A DNA stretch of 64,000 bases, taken from assembly GCF_036321535.1 (NCBI RefSeq), contig NC_087437.1, positions 36,272,001 to 36,336,000 on the forward strand. The letters run 5' to 3'. Both the position numbers and the translations under genes were made by a program. Shown piece by piece: positions 1-11,878 of this stretch (its first letter is position 1; each line of letters opens with the position of its first letter). This stretch comes from Camelus dromedarius. Taxonomy: Eukaryota. Under the pieces are notes generated by a model. That model was not told the origin of the DNA, did not search any database, and saw nothing but the letters and a program-made list of their open reading frames with translations.

Positions 1-275
1 CAATCTTTGAAATCTTTACCATATAATGGATTTCTATAGGAAGTTCAGTCTATCTGGACCTTTAGTCACATGCCTGTACCACACTAATCACAGAGCCTGT
101 ACAGTATGTTGTAATATCTGGTAAAACCATTTACTTCCTTATATATTTTCCCTTTTAGTGCATACCTAGCTATTCTCCAATGTTTATTTCTCTGTATGAA
201 CTTCAGTGTCTACTTGACTAGCTTCATTTTTTAAAGATTATTGCTATATTTACTGGGATCACATTAAAATCTAAG
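1..275 (-). mobile_element. Old LINE-1 ORF2 fragment (L1M-type)
   Basis: Resembles antisense L1 ORF2 text (ctgtaccacact...tagctattct...tttactgggatcacattaaaatcta); heavily diverged. Confidence 0.55.
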
Positions 276-2859
276 TCTCTTAGTTCAAGTTATCTGATCC
301 CAAGTTCCAGCTGCCTTCTTACACGTCACAATGTTCGAGAAACACAACCCTAAAATTTTATAGAGACTTTAGAAAGGACATTCCTCTTCATGAGCAGTAG
401 CACTCCACACACTTTTCAGTCAAATGAAGACGCACATTTAAGGATAATTGGGAATAGAATGACAGAATCATCATTCTATCCATTAAAGACATTCTTTTAA
501 AACTAGACACTAAGATATTTTATTAGGGCTTTAGGAGGTCAACAAGCCAGTAACAGGCTAGAACACATATTTCTGCAAAAGAGTATCACATCCTCTTTAA
601 AGTCTGGGGGGTAATTTCCTAAACAGTATTATGGAGTATAAATAAGTATTTTCTTAAGATACACTCCTATTCGCCACATTAAAATATTCTTTCAAATTCT
701 CATTTCCATATGTTAATATATTTTAGCTATAGATATTTTGACTAAAATAACATGATAAAATATTATAATGTATATTCCCTATTTCTAGGAATTGCTTAGA
801 TCTGAAAACATTTAACAGTTTGAAGGTGACTGTTCTAAATCAGGAAACAAATGTGAATTGGCATTGCAGAATTAAAATCAGCATTGCATTACTTAAAATT
901 AGCAAACAAAATTGCTTTAAATATTAATCAACAAATCATTGTGTTTAAGGAAGTAACTAGTCATAAGAGTTTAGAACACGGCTCATATATAAAGTATAAT
1001 AGCATTTGTATAAAACACAACCAAAATTAGTTCCACAAGGCACCACAATACATGATGAGTTAGTCTTGCAACCTTAACTTTCTATAGTGTGTTCATATTT
1101 GATTCCATCACCCAAACATACAGTGCTGAAGTAAACTGCCTTCTTCATAAAAAATGAAGCCAAAGATATTCCAGTTATTAATGTGAGACTCAGAAAACTG
1201 TCCTTATTTAATTTGTGAATTAGTATTTTCTAATTCAAGTTAAGAAATTACGTTCTATATGAAAAACATACAACTGAAATACACCTAAATTCTTCATTTT
1301 CTACAGTGAGTTAGATGATAAATGACCTTTTTCAAGTAATTTGAATTAATTGTTGATAGCACCTGTTAATGAAATAAAGCAAAAATCTAATGAAATTATG
1401 TATACAGTTTCAGATTTTTTTTTATTTCAATAAAATACTTGGATATATATACATATACACCATTGACACTCACATACATATAACACTGACAGATTTTTAT
1501 GAAATTTCACCTACCAAGCTAATTTTTGTTATATAAACTGGCTTGAATTTTAGTTTCTAATTTATTGAAAGAATTGAGGAAACGACTGCAATTTATTTCA
1601 CTAAAAACTGTTCATTCTTGAAAAATGACATCCATGAAATTGAATTTTCTTAGCAAAGGACACAATCTAAGGTTAAGGAAACAAAAGCTATAATTTTCTA
1701 ACAGTCAGAGGAAATGACTATTGCAAAAACTGCATTTGTAACTTATATTTAAAATAATTGCAAATGCTCTTATTTATGTCTGTCTTCCAGACACATTTTC
1801 TACTGGCAGAGAATACTGAGTTATAATTGTACCACTCAGTTATCTAGCTTCTTTAACATGAGCTGAATAAAACAGGTTTTTTTTTTTTTTTGGTCTTGGC
1901 TCAAATATCATCATCTCCAATATATATACTGTGACTATTCTGTTTGTAATTGAAACAAATACCACATATATACACAATCATAAACCTTGAGTTGGGATTT
2001 TTTTGTCTTTTTTCCAAAGCACTTCATTCTAAAAGTATGTAACAGTTATTTATGATGTTTATGGCATTTAATCTGCCTTATTCCTTGAGAATATAACTGC
2101 CGTGAGAACAGGTTATTTATTTTCCTTTATTTGAAAGTGTATCCCAAGAACTTTGTACATGCCTTTGCATTAAATACGTGTGTGTGGAGTGAAAAACCTA
2201 TTACACTAGAGCCTAAGGGATCAAGTAGTCCATGTAGTTTCCAAACAGACTTATACAACTTTCTCCAACTTTAAGGACCCTATGATTTTTCAATGGGAAA
2301 ATAAGAAAACAAACTTTAAAATTTAAACTTTAATCTTTAAAGAGGTTTACTGGAGCAGTAATTTGCTACCTTCCAATCTAAACAATTACTGATTAGTACA
2401 GCAAGCAGGCCAAAACAGATACTAAAATCCAATCAAAATGGTTGTGACCAAGACAGGATACATGGCAGGTCTTGAGAAGGGACTAAATAAGAGGAAGCAA
2501 AGTTAGACAGGAAAGAAAAAGGTGAAGAAGACAGTGGCAGAACATCAGACTAGCAAAATGGCAAAGCAAAAGCTTTTGGTGAGCACTCTGAGCAAATGTT
2601 TCAAATAACTGAAATACTTCAGAAAGAAATGGTATGGTTTGGTAGAAGCGGTCTAAAATTCATATAGAGTTTATATTTAAATGCATATTTACACTGTCTA
2701 TCTGAAAGAAAAATGCTTAATAAATTAAGAAGTGTGACAACATTCCAGTGGAGATACATAAGCTATTTAAAACAATAATTGCTTTAAAAATTATAAGAAA
2801 ATCTATCTCCCACAACTTTCTCCTTTAAGTCAGCCATACTAGCAGGCTGTCACTGTAAT

Positions 2860-3270
2860 ATATGCCACATCCTCTGAACCTTACTATTCATCTGGCTGAA
2901 ATATTTTTTCCTTCATAGTTCTGCCTACTTTCCATCACTTATCTCTAAGTTCAAATGTCACCTCTCCTGAAAAGGCCTTACGAACCCTCTAACTAGCTAA
3001 TGTAGTACCACTCAAACCACACCAGGCATTCCTTGAATCAGTTACATACGTTATTTGCTTCATAAATTATATATCTAGTTAGACAGACATATTTAAAACA
3101 TATTTATTATTATTGTTCTGTCTCAACGCCTCCCCCCAATTAAAAGGAAAGTTCCAGGGTAGTATAAAAGTTATTTTTTCTTTGCCTTATTTACTACAAT
3201 ATTCCTGGTACCCATAACAATGCCTGGAACACAGTTGGCATTCAATACATTATTCTTGAATCAATGAATT
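2860..3270 (+). mobile_element. LINE-2 3' fragment
   Basis: L2-like tcaaatgtcacctctcctgaaaaggcctt and 3' end acaatgcctggaacacagttggcattcaatacattattcttgaatcaatgaat. Confidence 0.65.
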
Positions 3271-3411
3271 ATTCTGAGCAGTCCATTAATTCCAGTCTCA
3301 GGAATAGCAACTTGCCAAGATACCTTAGGCATGTTTTGTCGATGTGGTCCATGTTAATATCTCTACTTGAGAACAAACCTTTATTTTGCTTTTTTAAAAA
3401 ACAGTAAATTC

Positions 3412-6081
3412 CTGGCCAAACTCACAAAGAAGAAAAAAGAGAGAGCACAAATTAGCAAAATAAGAAAGGAAAATGGAGAAATTACAACAAACAAAATAGA
3501 AATACAGAATATCATACGAGAATATTATGAAAAACTATATGGAACTAAACTGGATAACCTAGAGGAGATGGACAAGTTTCTGGAAACATACTGTCCACCA
3601 AAACTGAATCAAGAAGAATCTGAACACTTGAACAATCCGATCCCTAGAAAGGAAATAGAAATAGCAATTAAAAACCTCCCTACAAATAAAAGTCCAGGAC
3701 CGGACGGCTTCACCGGGGAATTCTACCAAACATACAAAGAAGAACTCATACCAGTCCTTCTCAAACTCTTCCAGACGATTGAAAAGGAGGGAATACTCCC
3801 AAACTCATTCTATGAAGCCACCATCACCCTGATACCAAAACCAGGCAAAGACACTACAAAAAAAGAGAATTATAGGCCAATATCACTGATGAACATAGAC
3901 GCCAAAATCCTCACCAAAATTTTAGCAAATAGAATCCAACACATAAAAAAGATTATACATCATGACCAAGTGGGGTTCATCCCAGGGACACAAGGCTGGT
4001 TCAACATATGCAAATCAATCAGTGTAATACATCACATCAACAAGAGAAAGGACAAAAACCACATGATCATCTCAATCGATGCAGAAAAAGCATTTGATAA
4101 AATTCAACACCCATTTATGAGAAAAACTCTCGCCAAAGTGGGTATAGAGGGAACATATCTCAAAATAATAAAAGCTATATATGACAAACCTACAGCCAGC
4201 ATAGTACTCAACGGTGAAAAACTCAAAAGCTTCCCACTAAAATCTGGGACAAGACAAGGATGCCCACTATCACCACTCCTATTCAACATAGTCCTGGAAG
4301 TCCTAGCCACAGCAGTCAGGCAAGAGAAAGAAATAAAAGGGATCCAAATTGGAAAACAAGAGGTAGAAGTGTCATTATATGCTGATGACATGTTACTATA
4401 TATAGAAAACCCTAAAAGGTCCACACAAAAGCTACTAGAGCTGATTGAAGAATTCAGCAAGGTAGCAGGTTACAAAATTAACGTTCAAAAATCAGTTGCA
4501 TTTCTTTACACTAACGATAAATCAACAGAAAAAGAAAGTAAAGAAACAATCCCCTTTAAAATAGCACCCAAAGTAATAAAATATCTGGGAATAAGTCTAA
4601 CCAAGGAGGTGAAAGAATTATACACAGAAAACTATAAACCATTGATGAAGGAAATTAAAGAAGACTTTAAAAAATGGAAAGATATTCCATGCTCTTGGAT
4701 TGGAAGAATCAATATTGTTAAAATGGTCACACTGCCCAAGGCAATCTACAGATTTAATGCAATGCCTATCCAATTACCCAGGACATATTTCACAGAACTA
4801 GAAAAAATCATAATAAAATTCATATGGAACCATCAAAGACCTAGAATTGCCAAAGCATTACTGAAGAGAAAGAAAGAGGCTGGAGGAATAACTCTCCCAG
4901 ACTTCAGACAATACTACAGAGCTACAGTCATCAAGACAGCATGGTATTGGTACCAAAACAGACATATAGACCAATGGAACAGAATAGAGAGCCCAGAAAT
5001 GAACCCACAAACTTTTGGTCAACTCATCTTTGACAAAGGAGGCAAGAATATACATTGGAATAAAGACAGTCTCTTCAGCAAATGGTGTTGGGAAAACTGG
5101 ACAGCAGCATGTAAAACAATGAAGCTAGAACATTCCCTTACACCATATACAAAAATCAACTCAAAATGGATTAAAGACTTAAACATAAGACAAGATACAA
5201 TAAACCTCCTAGAGGAAAACATAGGCAAAACACTATCTGACATACATCTCAAAAATTTTCTCCTAGAAGAAATAAAAGCAAGAATCAACAAATGGGACCT
5301 AATGAAACTTACAAGCTTCTGCACAGCAAAGGAAACCAGAAATAAAACAAGAAGAAAACCTACGGAATGGGAGAAAATTTTTGCAAGTGAAACCGACAAA
5401 GGCTTGATCTCCAGAATATATAAGCAGCTCATACGACTCAATAAGAAAAAAATAAACAACCCAATCCAAAAATGGGCAGAAGACCTAAACAAGCAATTCT
5501 CCAAGGAAGACATACAAATGATCAAAAAGCACATGAAAAAATGCTCCATATCACTAATTATCAGAGAAATGCAAATCAAAACTACAATGAGGTATCACCT
5601 CACACCAGTCAGAATGGCCGTCATTCAAAAATCCACAAATGACAAATGCTGGAGAGGCTGTGGAGAAAGGGGAACCCTCCCACACTGCTGGTGGGAATGC
5701 AGTTTGGTGCAGCCACTATGGAAAACAGTGTGGAGATTCCTCAAAAGACTAGGAATAGACTTACCCTATGACCCAGGAATCCCACTCCTGGGCTTGTGTC
5801 CAGAAGGAAATCTACTTCAGGATGACACCTGCACCCCAATGTTCATAGCAGCACTATTTACAATAGCCAAAACATGGAAACAGCCTACATGTCCATCAAC
5901 AGGTGACTGGATAAAGCAGAAGTGGTATATTTATACAATGGAATACTACTCAGCCATAAAAACCGACAACATAATGCCATTAGCAGCAACATGGATGCTC
6001 CTGGAGAATGTCATTCTAAGTGAAGTAAGCCAGAAAGAGAAAGAAAAATACCATATGAGATCGCTCATATGTGGAATCTAA
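3412..6081 (+). CDS. LINE-1 ORF2p remainder (Z/PIP region, reverse transcriptase, C-terminal CCHC); endonuclease domain absent
   Basis: Open frame with [42 protein letters not shown] (4378-4389), YLG and [18 protein letters not shown] (5647-5700). Confidence 0.93.
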   Translation: MAKLTKKKKERAQISKIRKENGEITTNKIEIQNIIREYYEKLYGTKLDNLEEMDKFLETYCPPKLNQEESEHLNNPIPRKEIEIAIKNLPTNKSPGPDGFTGEFYQTYKEELIPVLLKLFQTIEKEGILPNSFYEATITLIPKPGKDTTKKENYRPISLMNIDAKILTKILANRIQHIKKIIHHDQVGFIPGTQGWFNICKSISVIHHINKRKDKNHMIISIDAEKAFDKIQHPFMRKTLAKVGIEGTYLKIIKAIYDKPTASIVLNGEKLKSFPLKSGTRQGCPLSPLLFNIVLEVLATAVRQEKEIKGIQIGKQEVEVSLYADDMLLYIENPKRSTQKLLELIEEFSKVAGYKINVQKSVAFLYTNDKSTEKESKETIPFKIAPKVIKYLGISLTKEVKELYTENYKPLMKEIKEDFKKWKDIPCSWIGRINIVKMVTLPKAIYRFNAMPIQLPRTYFTELEKIIIKFIWNHQRPRIAKALLKRKKEAGGITLPDFRQYYRATVIKTAWYWYQNRHIDQWNRIESPEMNPQTFGQLIFDKGGKNIHWNKDSLFSKWCWENWTAACKTMKLEHSLTPYTKINSKWIKDLNIRQDTINLLEENIGKTLSDIHLKNFLLEEIKARINKWDLMKLTSFCTAKETRNKTRRKPTEWEKIFASETDKGLISRIYKQLIRLNKKKINNPIQKWAEDLNKQFSKEDIQMIKKHMKKCSISLIIREMQIKTTMRYHLTPVRMAVIQKSTNDKCWRGCGERGTLPHCWWECSLVQPLWKTVWRFLKRLGIDLPYDPGIPLLGLCPEGNLLQDDTCTPMFIAALFTIAKTWKQPTCPSTGDWIKQKWYIYTMEYYSAIKTDNIMPLAATWMLLENVILSEVSQKEKEKYHMRSLICGI

Positions 6082-6410
6082 AAAACAAAAACAAAAACAA
6101 ACAAACAAACAAAAACAAAGCGTAAATACAGGACAGAAATAGACTCACAGACAGAGAATACAGACTTGTGGTTACCAGGGGGTGGAGGGTGGGAAGGGAT
6201 AGACTGGGATTTCAAAATTGTAGAATAGATAAACAAGATTACACTGTATAGCACAGGGAAATATACACAAAATGTTATGATAACTCACAGAGAAAAAAAA
6301 TGTGACAATGAGTGTGTATATGTCCATGAATGACTGAAAAATTGTGCTGAACACTGGAATTTGACACATTGTAAAATGATTATAAATCAATAAAAAATGT
6401 TAAAAAAAAT
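3412..6410 (+). mobile_element. Young 5'-truncated LINE-1 (3' part of ORF2, 3'UTR, short A tail)
   Basis: Perfect 13-bp TSD aaacagtaaattc at 3399-3411 and 6411-6423; left flank tttttt/aaaaaa is an L1 endonuclease site; L1 3'UTR with G-rich tract, AATAAA near 6389, short A tail. Confidence 0.97.
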
Positions 6411-6865
6411 AAACAGTAAATTCAAGTACTTAAATAATATAGAAGCTGCCCCAACTTCTTATGTATGGTGAGACTTTGGTTTGTTATTTGTGAAAATAAA
6501 AATAAGAAATTATGAATTACCAATTAAAATATACATGTTAATATAAAAGTTGATTCTGTTTACTGATTTTAATGATGTGATAAACCTGAATTTTAGTATA
6601 CTATTCTTTAGTAAAGAAGGTAAGGCAAGGTCATTCAAGTCAAATCAATTTATAAATTACCAAAGAAGATATGTCATTAGTCTGCATACCATCAATTATT
6701 TCTTACTTCTATTATAAGTAACATATTTAAGTAAATATGTATGTGTATATATATATAAGATATGCATATATATAATGTATGTATACATAAAGCATATATA
6801 TATAGTATAAATATATATGTACACATATATTTTCCTATTAAATTTTCTTAACTACCCACCTAGAG

Positions 6866-7423
6866 AAGTTGTTCTCAATCAGTGTGGTTTTGAACCCCAG
6901 GGAATATTCGACAACATCTGGAGACATTTTTGGTTTTCACAATTGAGCAGTGCCTCTGACATCAGGAATAGAGGGTAGGGATGCTGCTAAACCTGCCTCC
7001 CATGACAAAGAATTACCTGACCCACATAGTCAAAAAAACTACTATGGATTGGATGCTTAGGTCCCTTCAAAATTATTATGTGGAAGCCCTCTGTTCCCCA
7101 TGATATGGTATTAGAAAGTGGAGCTGTTAGGAGATAAATAAGATTCAATGTTGTCATGAGAGCAGAGCCCTTATTAATGGCGTTACTGCCCTTTTACGTG
7201 ACACATAAGTTTGCTGCTCTATGCTCGTAATATGAGGATACAAAGAAGTCTGCAACCCAGAAGAAGGATCTCACCAGAATTCAACTATGCTGGCACCCTG
7301 ATCTTGGACTTCTAGGCTCTGGAACTGTGAGAAGCAAACTTCAGTTTTGAGCCACTTAGTCTGCTCTGGCTACTATAACATTGTACCAAAGACTAAGACA
7401 AGAGCTAAGGTTGAGAAAGCCTT
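6866..7423 (+). mobile_element. MER20 (hAT-Charlie) DNA transposon relic, split by an MLT1A LTR
   Basis: MER20-like text (tctggagacatttttggttttcacaa; gggatgctgctaaac; aggttgagaaa); perfect 8-bp TSD acctagag at 6858-6865 and 7424-7431. Confidence 0.88.
7040..7400 (+). mobile_element. MaLR solo LTR (MLT1A-like)
   Basis: Starts tactatgga, contains tgctggcaccctgatcttggacttctaggctctggaactgtgaga, ends gactaagaca. Confidence 0.85.
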
Positions 7424-8500
7424 ACCTAGAGATAGGCTTTTAAGTATTTTGATATTTCGCTTCCTTTGTAACACATAGCTCAGAGATTAAAATACACTAA
7501 TTTTCTAAAAAGAGGGTGGGGGTAGTTCAATTTTAGCTGCTTTGCAGCGTATTTAATTTGGCATGTTCAGCAAGACTACAGTACTCTTATACTCACGGTA
7601 TTCATAGTGGCAACTAAACCATTTCCTTAACTTCAATTGGATACAACTAAATCTACAGACTTGCTTTGGATAACTTTACAATGGTCTTTTTTAAACATCT
7701 TTTTATTTGTATGCACGGTTTAAACATGTATAGCACTAACACTTTTCAGAGTTTTCAGGCTTAATTTATTCATCTGGTATAAACAGTAATGTATTTTTGG
7801 AACAAATATCCGAGGTGTTCTGCAAAGATCTTTTGATGATTCTTTGGTGTTTGCCCTAGTATTCTTAGCACCATCCTGGGTACCAAATGTTTCTTAATCA
7901 GAGACAGTCATTTTGCTTCTCTGTGTACTCTTACTTATTTGTTGTCATCTAATAGATGATCAATGTGTTTTGACATAATATTGGTAGATAAAAGTGAACA
8001 AAATGTCACTGCACTGTTCTGCTCAGTGTGTTCCTGACGTATAGTCTAGTCTGGGTTGTAAATGAAGATAACATCACCTATAACAGCAGTCAAATTCAGG
8101 CTGAGACATTTCATGAAGCCAAACACAATGCAAAACAAACCAAAAAACCTCAAAGATATCATCATTTTGTGCCTTTGTACAATTAAAAAAAATGTAAAAT
8201 GCAAAATTTAAAAAGACAGATTCAAAAAAAGAGCAACTATAAACTTTTACTAAATATGTCACTAATCACCTGGAAATAATATATTAAACAAAATTAGTAT
8301 TCCAAAAGTTTTCTTCTACAATGTAAAACCTCACTTCAAGAGAAAGAATGGAGACAAGAGGACAAATATGACAAAAGAAAATGAGAAAATATCTTTAGTT
8401 GGTACTTCTACATTTCCTGCATTTATTTAAGAATGCCTTGATTATTTGTAGAAGTTTACACTTTGAAAAAGTTTAATCAAATTCACACTTCCTTGTTTCT

Positions 8501-10594
8501 CAGGAAACAAGAATAATCTAAAATAAACCACCTAACTTTGTACTCAAGGAATGAGAAAAAAAGCAAACAACACTCAAAGTTAGTAGTAAGAAGGAAATAA
8601 CAAAGATCAAACCAGAAATAAATTAAATGGAGACTAAAAAGAGGCAGTAGGAAAGATCAATGAAACTAAGAGCTGGTTTTTGGAAAAGATTAATAAAATT
8701 GGCAAATCTTCAGCTAGACTCACCAAGAGTAAAAAGAGGACAAATAAGCTCAGATATGAAAGAGGAGTCATTATAACCAAAAGGACAGAAATACAAAGGA
8801 TTATAAAGGGACTATTATGAACAATTAAATGCCAACAAGTTGGATAACTTAGAGAAAATGGATAAATTTCCAGAAACATATAACCTAGCAAAACTGTATC
8901 ATGAATAAATAGAAAATCTGAACAGAAAAATGACTAGTTGAATCAGTAATCAAATTAAATTAATAAGGAAACTGAATCAGTAATCAAAAACCTCCCAACA
9001 AACAAAACCCGGGACCAGATGGCTTCACTGGTTAATTCTACCAAACATTTAAACAAGAATCAACATCAATCCTTCAAACTCTTCCAAAACACAGAAGAGA
9101 GAACTCTTCCTAATGTATTTTAAAGGCCAGCATTACCCTGATACTAAGACCAGACAAGGATGCCACAAGAAAATTATAGACTATCCCCAATGAATACAGA
9201 TGCAAAAATCCTCAACAAAATATTAACAAACCAATTCAATAAAACATTAAAAGGATCATACACCATGATTATGTGGGATTTATTCCACTGATGCAAGGAT
9301 GGTTCAACATCTGCAAACCAATGTGACATGCCATGTTAACAAAATGAAGTATAAAAATCATATAATCATTTCAATAGATGCAGAAAAAGCATTTGACAAA
9401 AGTCCTCATGATTTATGAAAAAAACTCAACAAAATGTATATAGACACAAGTCCCTCAATAAATTCAGGCCATATATGACAAGCCCACAGATAACATCATA
9501 TGTAATTGTGAAAAGCTGAGTTTTTTCCCTAAAATCAGGAAAAAGACAAGGATGCTCATTCTCACTTTTATTCAACATAATATTGAGAGTTCTAACCAGA
9601 GCAATTAGACAAGAATAATAAAAGGTATTCATATTGGAGAAGAAAATTCTAAAGACTCCACCCAAAAATTGTTAGAGCTACAAACAAGTTCAGTTAACTT
9701 GCAGGATACAAACATCAATATATGAAAACCTGTTGCTTTCCCATACACTAATAACTATCATTATTATAAAGAGAAACTGACAATTCCATATACAACTGCA
9801 TCAAAACAATAAAATGCTCAGGTATAAATTTAACCAAGGAAGTGAAATAACTGTATACTGAAAACCATAAAACATTGATGAAATAAATTGAAGACACAAA
9901 TAATTAGATATTCCATGCTCATAAATCAGAAGAACTAATACTGTTAAAATGTCCATACTACCCAAAGCCATCCATAGATTCAATGCAACCCCTACCAAAT
10001 GTCCAATAACATTTTTCACAGTAATAGAGAAAATTCTATAATTTGTATGGAACCACACAAGACCCCAAATAACCAAAGCAATTTTAGGAAAAAAGAACAA
10101 AGTTGGAGGCATCATATTTCCATAATTCAAACTATATTACAAAGCTATTGCCATCAAAACAGCTTTGTGTCAGCATTAAAAATAGACACATTGATAGACA
10201 GATCAGAATTGAGAGCCCAGAAATAAATCCATGCATATGTGGTTAATTTATGACAAAAGAGCCAATATATACAATGGGAAAAGAACAATCTCTTCAGTAA
10301 ATGGTGTTGGAAAAACTTGACAGCCAAATACAAAAGAATAAAACTGGACCACTATCTTACACTATACACAAAAATTAACTCAAAATGAATAAAGACTTAA
10401 AAATAAGACCTGAAACCACAAAACTCCTAGAAGAAAACATAGGCAGTAAACTCCTTGACATCAGTCTTGGTGAGGAATTTTTGGGAATGACTCCAGAAAC
10501 AAAGGCAACAAAAATAAATAGGTGGGACTGCATAAAACTAAAAACCTTCTGCACAGCAAAGGAAACCATCACAAAAATTAAAAGGGAATACACT
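8501..10594 (+). mobile_element. Older degraded LINE-1 ORF2, 5' part of host element
   Basis: Collinear with the young L1 (ggaccagatggcttcactgg; gatgcagaaaaagcatttgacaaa; LKIRPETTKLLEENIG) but with many frameshifts and a deletion across the RT core. Confidence 0.93.
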
Positions 10595-10701
10595 GTGCTC
10601 ACTTTGGAAGCACATACACTAAAACTGAAACAATACAGAGAAACTTAGCATGGCCTCTGCACAAGGATGACACACAAATCCATGAAGCAGTCCATATTTT
10701 T
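10595..10701 (+). pseudogene. RNU6: Full-length U6 snRNA retrocopy (5' part of a U6-L1 chimera)
   Basis: 107 nt, gtgctc...acagaga...tagcatggc...ccatattttt; by manual comparison with recalled U6, 16 substitutions, no indels, all 7 CpGs decayed; upstream is L1, not a U6 promoter. Confidence 0.96.
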
Positions 10702-11751
10702 CTGACATAAATCTTATCAATGTTCTCCTAGCGCAGGCTACCAAGGCAATAGAAATAAAAGCCAAAATAAGCAAATGGGACCTTATAAACTTCTGCACAG
10801 CAAAGCAACTAGAAATAAAATGAAAAGACAACCTACAGAATGAGAGAAAATATTTGCAAACAACGTGATTGACAAGGGCTTACTTTCCAGAATATACAAA
10901 CAGCTCATACAACTCGATAATCGAAACAACAACCCAACCCAAAAATGAGCAGAATATCTAAACAAGCAATTCTCCAATGAAGACATACAAATGGCCAATA
11001 GCACATGAAAAAATGTTCAGTATTGTGAATTATCAGAGAAATGCAAAACAAAATTATAATGAGGTATCAAGTCACACTGGTCAGAATGGCCATCATTAAA
11101 AAGTCCACAAACAATATGTGCTGGAGAGGGTATGAGAAAAGGAAATTCTCCTACACTGCTGGTGAGAATGTAGTTTGGTGCAGACATTATGGAAAACAGT
11201 ATGGTGATTCCTTAAAAAACTGAAAATAGACTTATGCCCAGAGTGGGTTCCTAGTATATCCATGTATATCCAGAAGAAACTCTAATTCAAAAAGATACAT
11301 GCACCTCAATGTTCATACTAGCACTATTTACAATAGCCAAGACATGGAAACAACCTAAATGTCCATCGACAGATGAATGGATAAAGAAGTCGTGGTATAT
11401 TTATATGATGGAATACTACTCAGCCATAAAAAAGAATAAAATAATGCCATTTGCAACAACATGGATGGACCTGGAGATTGTCATTCTAAGTGAAGTAAGC
11501 CAGAAAGAGAAAGAAAAATGCCATATATTACTTATATGTGGAATCTTAAAAAATGACACCATGAACTTATAGAAAACAAATTTATGTTTATCTGGGGGGA
11601 AGAGTACGGTGGAGCAATAAATTGGGAGCGTGGGATTTGCAGATACTATCTACTGTAAATAAAATAGGTACACAGCAAGGTCCTGTGGTATAACACAGGG
11701 AACTATATTCAGTATCTTTTAACAGCCTATAGTGAAAAAGAATACAAAAAG

Positions 11752-11785
<34 letters not shown>

Positions 11786-11863
11786 CTGAATCACTAATTC
11801 TGTACACCAGAAATTAACACAACACTGTAAACCAACTATACTTCAATTAAAAAAAAATTTTAA
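10702..11863 (+). mobile_element. LINE-1 3' segment fused to U6 (ORF2 C-terminus, 3'UTR, A tail)
   Basis: Begins right after the U6 T-tract (ctgacataaatctt); encodes degraded [16 protein letters not shown]...[12 protein letters not shown]; own 3'UTR and A tail; degenerate TSD 10580-10594 vs 11864-11878 (10/15). Confidence 0.92.
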
Positions 11864-11878
11864 AAAAAGCAACTCACC

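Noticed and set aside
3367..3411. N-terminus of the 904-aa ORF as a real start or fusion gene
   Set aside because: It begins at TTG in flanking DNA and the TSD; L1 homology starts at 3412, so the extension is a chance open frame
4104..5579. Minus-strand ORFs of 118, 65 and 186 aa
   Set aside because: Antisense shadows of A-rich L1 ORF2, commonly seen in L1 copies
10595..10701. Functional U6 snRNA gene
   Set aside because: 16 substitutions, complete CpG decay, no PSE/TATA upstream, fused to L1
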